64,000 nucleotides of DNA from the NCBI GenBank assembly GCA_018714105.1, contig DVNW01000006.1, positions 5,689 through 69,688 of the forward strand. Reading direction: 5' to 3'. The notes below the pieces were generated by a model that worked only from the letters and a program-made list of their open reading frames with translations, searched no databases and was not told the DNA's origin. Below are positions 1 through 7,993 of the stretch, in pieces (position 1 is the stretch's first letter; each line of letters starts with the position of its first letter). A program made the translations under genes and the position numbers. This DNA comes from Candidatus Faecicola pullistercoris (GTDB taxonomy: Bacteria > Bacillota > Clostridia > Christensenellales > CAG-917).

Positions 1-2
1 AG

Positions 3-1145
3 TGGGTGGCCATCGAATCGGCCACGGGCCTGGCATACACCGAAAACTCCGACGGCACGATTACGATTACGGGAATAGGCACGGAAACGAAGGAAATTTT
101 CAAAATCGATATTATAGACGGCAAGACCGTATCCGCGATAGCCAACAAGGCCTTTGCGGGCAATACCGATATACGTTACGTACAACTCGGCGCAGGCGTT
201 AAGACTCTGGGCACCAAAGCCTTTGAAAACTGCACTTCGCTTACCACTCTCAGCCTGCCTTCCGGCCTTGTAACTTTCGGCGAGGGCGCAGTACTGGGCG
301 CGGTTAACCTTGCCGATATACTTACTTACGAAAGCGGCGGTTCGGGTAACTTCTTCAACGACAGCGGCATTCTGTATTCCAACGCGGGCGAGCTTGTATG
401 CTATCCCGCGGGTAAGACGGCAACCGAGTACGAGGAATCCGCCGCCGACGCAGTAAAGAAATACGCCTTTGCAAACAACAGGTATCTTGAAAAAATCACT
501 TTTACCGTTCTTAACAACGTGGAGGCGGGAGCCTTCTTCGATATGCCTGCATTAACGTCGATAGAAGTAAACGCGGAAAGCGCTTACAGCGTTCAGGACG
601 GCGTGCTTTACAAGGGCAACGAACTTGTATATTACATTTCGTCCAATCCTGCCGCTTCGTTTACCGTACCCGAAAACGTAACCTATATTTACAGTTTCGC
701 GTTTAACTTCGCAGATAAACTGCAAACGCTCAATATCGGCGCGGGCGTAGCCTATATAGGGGAATACGGCCAATCCAAGACTGCGGAAGCGTTTATCTGT
801 CTTGACAATTTAACCGCCATAACGGTTGACCCGGCCAATGCCTCGTTCAGCAGCGAAGACGGCGTACTGTACGATAAAAACAAAACGCGACTGTACTACT
901 TTGCCGGAGGAAAGAAGGTTGACGGAGGACAGTATACCGTCGATGCGGGCATCACTTCCATAACGGCAATGGCGTTTGCTTACAATAAAAACATAACGAG
1001 TATATATATTCCTTCGGGAGTTTTGAGCATCGGAACGGACTGTTTCCTCGGTTGTGCAGGTACGCTGGAAAGCATATATATGGAAAATCCGCTCGGAAAT
1101 CAGAGCAGCTGGAATCCTGACGGAATCGAGGTGGTGCAGGCTTAA
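3..1145 (+). CDS. BspA-type leucine-rich-repeat surface protein (5' end cut by window edge)
   Basis: The frame is open from the window edge. It contains tandem LRR_5-type units, e.g. KAFAGNTDIRYVQLGAGVKTLGTKAFENCTSLTTLSLPSGL and ITSITAMAFAYNKNITSIYIPSGVLSIGTDCFLGC. Confidence 0.8.
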   Translation, partial: WVAIESATGLAYTENSDGTITITGIGTETKEIFKIDIIDGKTVSAIANKAFAGNTDIRYVQLGAGVKTLGTKAFENCTSLTTLSLPSGLVTFGEGAVLGAVNLADILTYESGGSGNFFNDSGILYSNAGELVCYPAGKTATEYEESAADAVKKYAFANNRYLEKITFTVLNNVEAGAFFDMPALTSIEVNAESAYSVQDGVLYKGNELVYYISSNPAASFTVPENVTYIYSFAFNFADKLQTLNIGAGVAYIGEYGQSKTAEAFICLDNLTAITVDPANASFSSEDGVLYDKNKTRLYYFAGGKKVDGGQYTVDAGITSITAMAFAYNKNITSIYIPSGVLSIGTDCFLGCAGTLESIYMENPLGNQSSWNPDGIEVVQA

Positions 1146-1146
1146 T

Positions 1147-1878
1147 ATGAAGATATTTTATTTCAGCGGTACGGGTAACTCGGAATCGGTTGCCCGAAAA
1201 CTGGGCGCGGGCGGCGAATGTATCAATATCGCCGCTTGCGAAAACGGAAGTTTCGAGGACGAGGAAATAGGCTTTGTTTTTCCCGTGTATTGCGGCGGGC
1301 TTCCCGATATAGTCAGAGAGTTTATAGAGGCGTCCTCTTTCAGCGCGCGTTACATATGGGCTGTCGCCACGTGCGGAGGCTCGGAAGGTGATTCGCTTAA
1401 AGAAACGGACTTTCTGCTGCGTCAGAAAGGCTTCAAGCTGGATTACGGCGCGAGCATAGTGCTTCCCGACAATTGCATAATATTCAAAACCTCGCCCGAA
1501 AAGCGGGAAAAGCTGTTAACATCCGAAGACAACAGAGTAAAGGCGTTAAGAGCGGATATAGACGGCAGAGTCATTAACTTCAAAGGCGGAAAGGTGCACT
1601 GTTTTGCCCGCAGAGTAATGTGGGGCGCCATGAACACTGTTTACGGGCTCAACAAAAAGACGGCTTCGGATAAGTGCGTTGCTTGCGGAAAATGCGCCGA
1701 TTTATGCCCTTGCGGCAATATAGAAATTAAAAACGGAAAGGCAGTGTTCGGCAGCAATTGCACGCAGTGTTTTTCATGTATTCACCGCTGTCCCGTACAC
1801 GCGATATCGTTCGGGCGGCTCAGAGTGGACGACAAAACTGCCTACGTGCATCCTTTACCGGAAAAACCGAACAATTAA
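1147..1878 (+). CDS. EFR1-type flavodoxin-like / 2x[4Fe-4S] ferredoxin fusion protein
   Basis: N-terminal flavodoxin loop MKIFYFSGTGNSE. C-terminal cluster motifs CVACGKCADLCPC and CTQCFSCIHRCP. ATG at 1147 follows the upstream stop; the track start at 1054 overlaps the upstream gene and is rejected. Confidence 0.8.
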   Translation: MKIFYFSGTGNSESVARKLGAGGECINIAACENGSFEDEEIGFVFPVYCGGLPDIVREFIEASSFSARYIWAVATCGGSEGDSLKETDFLLRQKGFKLDYGASIVLPDNCIIFKTSPEKREKLLTSEDNRVKALRADIDGRVINFKGGKVHCFARRVMWGAMNTVYGLNKKTASDKCVACGKCADLCPCGNIEIKNGKAVFGSNCTQCFSCIHRCPVHAISFGRLRVDDKTAYVHPLPEKPNN

Positions 1879-1896
1879 TAACAGATTAAAAACAAT

Positions 1897-1930
1897 TAAA
1901 AAGAAGGGCTTTAATAAGCCCTTCTTTTTA
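1897..1930. terminator. Bidirectional intrinsic terminator between convergent genes
   Basis: Stem GAAGGGCTT (1903-1911) / AAGCCCTTC (1916-1924) with a 4-nt loop, an A-run upstream and a T-run downstream. Confidence 0.75.
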
Positions 1931-1947
1931 GTTTTATTGTACCGTAT

Positions 1948-3147
1948 TCAGACGTTGAAATGTTTTTTTAATGCCTTTTCGGCCTCGTCGCCCTTGGCGC
2001 CTTCGACGCAACAGCTTATTTTTGTTTCGCTTGTGGTTACGGCAAATACTTTGGCGCCGATTCCTGCGAGCTGTTCGAACACGTCTTTGGCAACTCCGCC
2101 GGTATGCGCCATGCCCGCGCCTTCGGAGGTGATTTTGCAGGTGTTCCGCACGGCTTCGTAGCCGAGATTCATGGCTTTCAGACAGTTAAACGCTTTGTCC
2201 GCGTCAGTGTCCGGAAGGGTGAACGACAGCGAAAACGCGCAACCCGTAACAGGAGTTTGCGATATCATATCGAGGTTTACGTTCTTATCCGAGAGGGCGG
2301 AAAGCAGCTTGATTATGGAGTCTGCGCCGATACAGGGCAGAGTGATAAGAGTAACGTCCTTTTCGCTCGTTACCGTGGTTACCGCGTACAGACTGCCCAG
2401 AATACTTGACATATCGTACATGCCGTGAGGCTTGCCGCACATGAACTTTGCCGCTCTTACGGCGCCCTGTGCGAAAACTTCCTTGCCCTCGGCTTCGTGC
2501 TTCAGCGTTATGACCTCGCCCGTGCCGATAAACATAACGTCGTGTTTACCGATAATGGTGCCGCCGCGCACGGCGTGCACGCCTATTTCGTTTTTGGTCC
2601 TGCGCTGATTGGAACTGTGTCTGCCGAATACGAGAGGGCTGGGGAAATCCCTTACGCTCTGTACGGCTTTTGCGAGAGAGAGCGCCGTGCCGCTGGGGCT
2701 GTCCACTTTCTTGTCGTGGTGCTGTTCGATAATTTCAATCTCGTAATCGGGCCCCAGAAATTTAGCCGCGTCCTTGGCAAGTCCGGTAAGCAGATTAATG
2801 CCCAGCGACATGTTGCTGGCCATAAAGATGCCCGTTTTTTCCGAAGCCGCCCTGATACTTTCGAGTTGCTCCGCCGAGTGGCCCGTCGTGGCTATTACGA
2901 GGTTGGTGCCTGTGTTTACTGCGTAGGCGAGAAGTTCGTCCAGCGCTTCGGGTTTGGAAAAGTCGATAATTACGTCGGCTCTGCCTTCGATTTTATCGAA
3001 CGACGGATACACGGGCACGTCGAGATTTATCAAATCCGCCATTTTATCTATACCGCAAACCAGTTTAAAGTCCGGATTCGAGTTTATGAGCGAATACATT
3101 GTATTGCCCATTCTGCCGCCTATTCCGCAAATAATAACCTTAATCAT
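1948..3147 (-). CDS. dapB: 4-hydroxy-tetrahydrodipicolinate reductase with C-terminal aspartokinase-like ACT-ACT extension
   Basis: CGIGGRMG Rossmann loop and EQHHDKKVDSPSGTA DapB motif. About 145 extra C-terminal residues resemble the LysC regulatory ACT pair (GAGMAHTGGVAKDVFEQLAGIGAKVFAVTTSETKIS). Confidence 0.85.
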   Translation of the reverse strand: MIKVIICGIGGRMGNTMYSLINSNPDFKLVCGIDKMADLINLDVPVYPSFDKIEGRADVIIDFSKPEALDELLAYAVNTGTNLVIATTGHSAEQLESIRAASEKTGIFMASNMSLGINLLTGLAKDAAKFLGPDYEIEIIEQHHDKKVDSPSGTALSLAKAVQSVRDFPSPLVFGRHSSNQRRTKNEIGVHAVRGGTIIGKHDVMFIGTGEVITLKHEAEGKEVFAQGAVRAAKFMCGKPHGMYDMSSILGSLYAVTTVTSEKDVTLITLPCIGADSIIKLLSALSDKNVNLDMISQTPVTGCAFSLSFTLPDTDADKAFNCLKAMNLGYEAVRNTCKITSEGAGMAHTGGVAKDVFEQLAGIGAKVFAVTTSETKISCCVEGAKGDEAEKALKKHFNV

Positions 3148-3162
3148 GTTTCTCCTTACGGG

Positions 3163-4044
3163 CTATTTTACAAGTTGTAAGCCCTTCATCTGAGTGTATA
3201 ATTTCTGCGCGTTCGCCTCTTCCATAACGGTAAGGGGCAGTCTTACGTAGTCCGAGCACAGGCCCATAAAGCTTGCCGCTTTTTTGGCGGGTATGGGGTT
3301 GACTTCGCTGAACAGCGCTTTTACGAGAGGATATACGTTCAGCTGCATTTCGGCGGCTTTTAGGGTATCGCCGCCAAGGTAAGCCTTAATCATATCGTGC
3401 ATATAGCGGGGCATGATGTTGGAAGCAACCGAAATAAGGCCCTTTCCGCCCACGCTCATAACCGGAACGGCAATGCCGTCGTCGCCCGAGTATACGCAGG
3501 CAAGCCCCTGACAGCACCGCGCGCAGTCGGTAATCTGATCCATGTTGCCGCTTGCTTCCTTGATGCCGTCGATATTGTCTATCGCGGCAATTTCCTTAAA
3601 AGTGGCGGGCAGAAGATTTACCCCCGTCCTTCCGGGAACGTTGTAGCATATTATCGGGATATCCACGCTGCGGGCCACGGCGGAATAATGCTCCACAAGG
3701 CCTTTCTGCGTGCATTTGTTGTAGTAGGGGGTTACCACAAGAAGGCCGTCTACGCCGAGATCCGCGTAGGCTTTGGACTTGGCTATTACTTCGGCGGTAT
3801 TGTTGCCGCCGCTGCCCGCAATAACGGGTACGCGTCCTCCGACCTTTTCCACGGCAAACTTGATAACCGCAGTTTTTTCGGCGTCGGTCATGGTGCTGGG
3901 TTCGCCCGTGGTGCCGCATATTACAAGTCCGTCGATGCCGCCTTCGATTTGAAATTCCAAAAGTTTTTCAAGGCTTGAAAAGTCTACTCCGTCCGGGGTA
4001 AAAGGCGTTATCAGCGCAGTTGCGCAACCTTCGAATAAAGACAT
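3163..4044 (-). CDS. dapA: 4-hydroxy-tetrahydrodipicolinate synthase
   Basis: 293 aa. Contains CGTTGEPSTMTDAEK and the Schiff-base lysine context DGIKEASGN. Confidence 0.95.
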   Translation of the reverse strand: MSLFEGCATALITPFTPDGVDFSSLEKLLEFQIEGGIDGLVICGTTGEPSTMTDAEKTAVIKFAVEKVGGRVPVIAGSGGNNTAEVIAKSKAYADLGVDGLLVVTPYYNKCTQKGLVEHYSAVARSVDIPIICYNVPGRTGVNLLPATFKEIAAIDNIDGIKEASGNMDQITDCARCCQGLACVYSGDDGIAVPVMSVGGKGLISVASNIMPRYMHDMIKAYLGGDTLKAAEMQLNVYPLVKALFSEVNPIPAKKAASFMGLCSDYVRLPLTVMEEANAQKLYTQMKGLQLVK

Positions 4045-4055
4045 AAGCTACTCCT

Positions 4056-5057
4056 TTAATTGTTTTGGGATTGGATTAATTTTTGTGCAATCTGCACGGC
4101 GTTGGTGGCGGCGCCTTTTCTGATATTGTCGGCTACGCACCAGATATTGCAGCCGCTTTCCACGCTTTCGTCGATTCTTACGCGGCCGACAAACACTTCG
4201 TCCTTGCCCTCGGCGTCGATAGCCATGGGGTATACGCAGTTTGCGATGTCGTCTTTAAGCACGAGTCCTTCGGCGGAAGCGAGGGCGTCCTTAATTCCTT
4301 GCAGAGTACAGGGCTTTTCGAATTCTATATTGATGGATTCGCTGTGGCCGTGGAATACGGGCACTCTAACCGTGGTAGCCGTGATTTTAAGGCTTTGGTC
4401 GTGCAGAATTTTTTTGGTTTCTTCAATCATCTTCATTTCCTCTTTGGTGTATCCGTTGTCGAGGAATACGTCGATCTGAGGCAGACAGTTGGCGAAAATG
4501 GGGTGATTGAATTTTACGGGCGGCACGCCTTTGATACCGTCTTCGAGGTCCTTGTATCCCTGTACGCCCGCGCCCGAAACGGCCTGGTAAGTGCTGTATA
4601 CTATACGTTTGATTTTGTATTTGTCGTGAAGGGGTTTAAGGGCGACCATAGCCTGTATGGTAGAGCAGTTGGGGTTAGCGATAATACCCTTGTTCCACGC
4701 GATATCCTCGGGGTTGACCTCGGGAACTACAAGCGGGACTTCGGGATCCATGCGCCAGCAGCTGCTGTTGTCTATAACCACCGCGCCTTGCGCCGCAAAC
4801 ACGGGAGCAAAAGCCTTGCTTGTGCCCGCGCCGGCCGAAAACAGGGCGATATCTATATTGAGCGCTTTGACGTTTTCTTCGGTAAGCTCTATAACGGTGT
4901 GTTTTTTACCCATGAAATCTATTTCTTTACCCGCGCTTTTTTTGGAAGCGAACAGATAGTAATTTTCTACGGGCAGCTTTCTTTCGGAAAGAACCTTTAA
5001 AAACATGTTGCCGACCATACCGGTCGCGCCTACTACGGCGATATTGTATTTTTTCAT
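4056..5057 (-). CDS. asd: aspartate-semialdehyde dehydrogenase
   Basis: 333 aa. Contains VVGATGMVG NAD loop and the active-site ANPNCSTIQ. Confidence 0.95.
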   Translation of the reverse strand: MKKYNIAVVGATGMVGNMFLKVLSERKLPVENYYLFASKKSAGKEIDFMGKKHTVIELTEENVKALNIDIALFSAGAGTSKAFAPVFAAQGAVVIDNSSCWRMDPEVPLVVPEVNPEDIAWNKGIIANPNCSTIQAMVALKPLHDKYKIKRIVYSTYQAVSGAGVQGYKDLEDGIKGVPPVKFNHPIFANCLPQIDVFLDNGYTKEEMKMIEETKKILHDQSLKITATTVRVPVFHGHSESINIEFEKPCTLQGIKDALASAEGLVLKDDIANCVYPMAIDAEGKDEVFVGRVRIDESVESGCNIWCVADNIRKGAATNAVQIAQKLIQSQNN

Positions 5058-5087
5058 TCCTTTAACCTCCTGAAAGGAAAATTATTA

Positions 5088-5118
5088 TCAAAAAAGCGAG
5101 CCGACTAATCGGCTCGCG
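5088..5118 (-). terminator. Intrinsic terminator (expression platform of the lysine riboswitch)
   Basis: Minus strand reads GCGAGCCG-ATTAGT-CGGCTCGC followed by TTTTTTG, immediately 3' of the L-box and 5' of asd. Confidence 0.75.
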
Positions 5119-5127
5119 CAAGCGTCT

Positions 5128-5292
5128 GTACCGAGTAGCCCTTCATCTAAAGATGACAGTCAGCAGGTTTTAACCTTACTGCCCAACGACGGTTTGCCAA
5201 GACGCCGCTTCGGCGATAATACCCTTTTTTCCGAAAGACGGGCCGGCTGCCCCATATAGTCGGAATACTGATGCTTATCGCTCCTCTACTTC
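5128..5292 (-). promoter_or_regulatory. Lysine riboswitch (L-box) leader of asd-dapA-dapB
   Basis: Minus strand reads GUAGAGGAGCG...CAGUAUUCCGA...AUCGCCGAAGCGGCG...UUGGGCAG...ACUGUCAUC...GGGCUACUC. This matches the conserved AGAGG(N)GC / GCCGAAG / CUGUCA blocks of lysC-type leaders. Confidence 0.8.
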
Positions 5293-5302
5293 TATTGGCC
5301 CT

Positions 5303-5331
5303 ATTCTAGCACACGTCATAAAAATTGTCAA
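5303..5331 (-). promoter_or_regulatory. Sigma-A type promoter for the L-box/asd operon
   Basis: Minus strand TTGACA (5331-5326), 17 nt, TAGAAT (5308-5303), about 10 nt upstream of the riboswitch P1. Confidence 0.55.
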
Positions 5332-5349
5332 AAGTTTTGGCTATTATTG

Positions 5350-5378
5350 TTGATATTTATATGCAATTCGTGTAAAAT
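5350..5378 (+). promoter_or_regulatory. Sigma-A type promoter
   Basis: TTGATA, 17 nt, TAAAAT, upstream of the CDS at 5423. Confidence 0.45.
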
Positions 5379-5422
5379 ATGTTATACTGTTTATAAATTT
5401 GAGATTTTTTTAAGGAGTAATT

Positions 5423-6385
5423 ATGGCACAAACTCAAAAGAGCGGCGTAAAACCCATACTCTACAAGCTCGTGCTTGCCGAGGAAACCCGTAGCGAGGAC
5501 TCGAAGGGCAGATACCCGGCGGGAAGAGTCAAACAGATTTTCGATATCATGAGGGCGGAGATGTCCAGACTGATGTGGGTGAATCTGTGGTTTTTCCTGT
5601 TTGCGCTTCCTCTGATGTTCGTAATAATATGGCTCAGCCCCTATCTCGCGCAGAAGGTAATGGACTCGTTCAATTTTATGGGCAACCTGGGCATAGGCTA
5701 TCCCGGCACGGTAGACAGCCTCAGCGAAGGCGCGGTAAAACTTTACGACGCTTACCGTCTGTGCTATCTTGCTTTCGTACCCGCGTGTCTGTTTCTTGCG
5801 GCGGGGCTGGCAGGCCTTTTCAACGTATGCAAAAAGGCGCTCTGGGGCGAAAATTTCAAGCCGACCAAGGACTTTTTCGCGGGCGTGAAGAAATATTATT
5901 TCAAAATGCTCGCGCTGCTTATACCCGTCTGCCTGGCGGTAGAAGGCATATCTCAGAGCATACTGTGGCTCATGATTCTTTACGCCGACGGCGCTTCCGT
6001 CGCAGGAGCGTGGGTTCTGGTGATTGCGGTAAGTATTGCGGGAATTATGCTTCTAGTAATAAACCTTTTCGCCATGCCCATGACGGTTGCGTACGACATG
6101 AAACTTGCGGGCGTATATAAAAATTCGCTTATACTGGCAAGCCAGATGCCGGTTTTCGGATTGCTTATTTTGGCCATTGTGCTGATTCCCGTGTTTCTGG
6201 CTCTGTTCGTTCCTTCTATAATGATACTGATATATCTTCTTATGATAATGTTCGGTTTCTCGTTCGTGGGGCTTTCGGTAACTTCATTCGCGGGCATTAC
6301 TTTCGACAACATCATTACTCCGCTTTATCAGGCTAGGCAGGCTCAGTATAACAAAAACAGAAAGACCGAAAAGAAAAAGAGGTAA
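5423..6385 (+). CDS. Polytopic membrane protein, possibly YesL/DUF624-like
   Basis: RBS AAGGAG. 320 aa with about 6 hydrophobic helices. The N-terminal WVNLWFFLFALPLMF segment resembles DUF624. The family call is tentative. Confidence 0.6.
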   Translation: MAQTQKSGVKPILYKLVLAEETRSEDSKGRYPAGRVKQIFDIMRAEMSRLMWVNLWFFLFALPLMFVIIWLSPYLAQKVMDSFNFMGNLGIGYPGTVDSLSEGAVKLYDAYRLCYLAFVPACLFLAAGLAGLFNVCKKALWGENFKPTKDFFAGVKKYYFKMLALLIPVCLAVEGISQSILWLMILYADGASVAGAWVLVIAVSIAGIMLLVINLFAMPMTVAYDMKLAGVYKNSLILASQMPVFGLLILAIVLIPVFLALFVPSIMILIYLLMIMFGFSFVGLSVTSFAGITFDNIITPLYQARQAQYNKNRKTEKKKR

Positions 6386-6390
6386 GTATT

Positions 6391-7110
6391 TTGTCTTACG
6401 ATTTACTAAGCAAATATTACGACGCGTCGGTAGGCTTTGATTACGAAGCCTACTTCGGTTTTATAAAAGGATTTCTGCCGCCGAAAGGGCGCGGACTTGA
6501 CGTTGCGTGCGGCAGCGGTACTCTCACCGTCATGCTTGCGCGACACGGTTTCGAGATGACGGGAACGGACGCGTCGCCGGGTATGCTGAACGAGGCAAGG
6601 CGAAAATGTTCGGCCGCAGGCGTGAAGTGCCTGCTGCTGGAAGGGGACCTGAACGCGTTCGGCACGGACAAAACCTACGACTTTATTATTTCGAGCTGCG
6701 ACGGGCTCAATTACGTAAAAAGCGAGGCCAAACTCGAAAGACTGCTGGGAGCTTTCCGTTCCGCGCTGACGGAGGACGGGGTGCTGATATTCGATATAAG
6801 CACGTTATACAAGGCGAAAGAGGTGCTGGACGGAAACGTGTTCTTCGACGATACCGACGATTACACCTTGCTGTGGACAAACGAATACTCGGGCGGCAGA
6901 GTGCGTACGGACGTAACCGTATTCGAAAAAGAGCAAAAATATTATAAAAGGTACGACGAGAGCTTCGATCAGTACTTTTACACGGCCGAAACCGTGCGTC
7001 GGCTGCTTGACGGAAGGGGTTTTTCCTTCGCCGAGTACGACGGCGAAACGTTCGGACGTTTTAATGATAAAAGCCAAAGACTTCTCGTCGTGGCGCGAAA
7101 GAGAGGATGA
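6391..7110 (+). CDS. Class I SAM-dependent methyltransferase
   Basis: Motif I LDVACGSGTLT. TTG start. Confidence 0.8.
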   Translation: MSYDLLSKYYDASVGFDYEAYFGFIKGFLPPKGRGLDVACGSGTLTVMLARHGFEMTGTDASPGMLNEARRKCSAAGVKCLLLEGDLNAFGTDKTYDFIISSCDGLNYVKSEAKLERLLGAFRSALTEDGVLIFDISTLYKAKEVLDGNVFFDDTDDYTLLWTNEYSGGRVRTDVTVFEKEQKYYKRYDESFDQYFYTAETVRRLLDGRGFSFAEYDGETFGRFNDKSQRLLVVARKRG

Positions 7111-7111
7111 T

Positions 7112-7978
7112 ATGGACGTTATAAAGAAATTTACGTTTGCCGATAATTTTGTTCTTGTAACCATTATAGACAGTAAAGACCTCGTATCCGAAGCCATAGC
7201 CTTGCACGATTTGTCCCCGCTTGCGGCGGCGGCGCTCGGCAGGACGCTTACCGTAACTGCTTTTATGGCCAACAACCTAAAAGGAGCGGGAGAAAAACTG
7301 TCGGTGACGGTAAACGGCGGCGGACCGCTCGGGCGCATAATCACCGCGGGCGACGCCGGCGGAAAGGTAAGGGGCTACGTGGAGAATCCGCACGTCGAAC
7401 TGCCTTTCAGAAACGGGAAACTCGACGTAGGCGGCGGCGTCGGGAAAGACGGATATATAAGCGTAATCAAGGATCTCGGGCTCAAAGAGCCATATATCGG
7501 GCGCACCGCCCTTATAAACGGCGAGATAGCCTCGGACTTCGCCTATTATTTCACGGCGTCCGAACAGCAGCCCTCGGCGGTGGCGTTGGGCGTGCTGGTT
7601 GATAAAACGGGGTGCATAGCGTCGGGCGGAATATTCGTACAGCCGCTTCCGGGCTGTCCCGATCACGTGCTTACCGTGCTGGAAGACATTGTCGGTAATT
7701 TTACTGCGGTCAGCAACCTGTTCAAGGACCTGGGAGCGGAAGGCATAAAGGATAAATATTTCGGTCACTTCGATATTAACGAACTCGAAGGCGGCAAGCC
7801 CGAATATGTCTGTCGTTGTAACAGAAGCAAGCTCGAAAAGGTCGTTCTTTCGCTGGGCAGGGCCGAATGCGATGACGTTATTGCCGAGCAAGGCAGGATA
7901 GAAATTGGCTGTCAGTTTTGCGGCAAAAAGTATATTTTCGACAAAAACGACGTTGAAAGGTTGTTTTCGAACAAATAA
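7112..7978 (+). CDS. hslO: Hsp33 redox-regulated chaperone
   Basis: The N-terminal region matches Hsp33. C-terminal zinc centre CRCN...CQFCG. ATG at 7112 chosen over the track start at 7007, which overlaps the upstream gene. Confidence 0.9.
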   Translation: MDVIKKFTFADNFVLVTIIDSKDLVSEAIALHDLSPLAAAALGRTLTVTAFMANNLKGAGEKLSVTVNGGGPLGRIITAGDAGGKVRGYVENPHVELPFRNGKLDVGGGVGKDGYISVIKDLGLKEPYIGRTALINGEIASDFAYYFTASEQQPSAVALGVLVDKTGCIASGGIFVQPLPGCPDHVLTVLEDIVGNFTAVSNLFKDLGAEGIKDKYFGHFDINELEGGKPEYVCRCNRSKLEKVVLSLGRAECDDVIAEQGRIEIGCQFCGKKYIFDKNDVERLFSNK

Positions 7979-7993
7979 AGTATAAGTTCGGTT

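Noticed and set aside
1054-1146. Track start of the flavodoxin/ferredoxin gene overlapping the LRR gene by 92 nt. Similar long 5' extensions occur at 7007 (hslO), 58702 (MGMT), 59714 (PRTase) and 60670 (SBP).
   Set aside because: In each case an internal ATG gives the family-typical N-terminus and removes a long overlap with the neighbouring gene.
2425-5000. Long plus-strand ORFs (2425-3180, 3397-3978, 4083-5000) over dapB, dapA and asd.
   Set aside because: They are antisense shadows of three conserved lysine-pathway enzymes.
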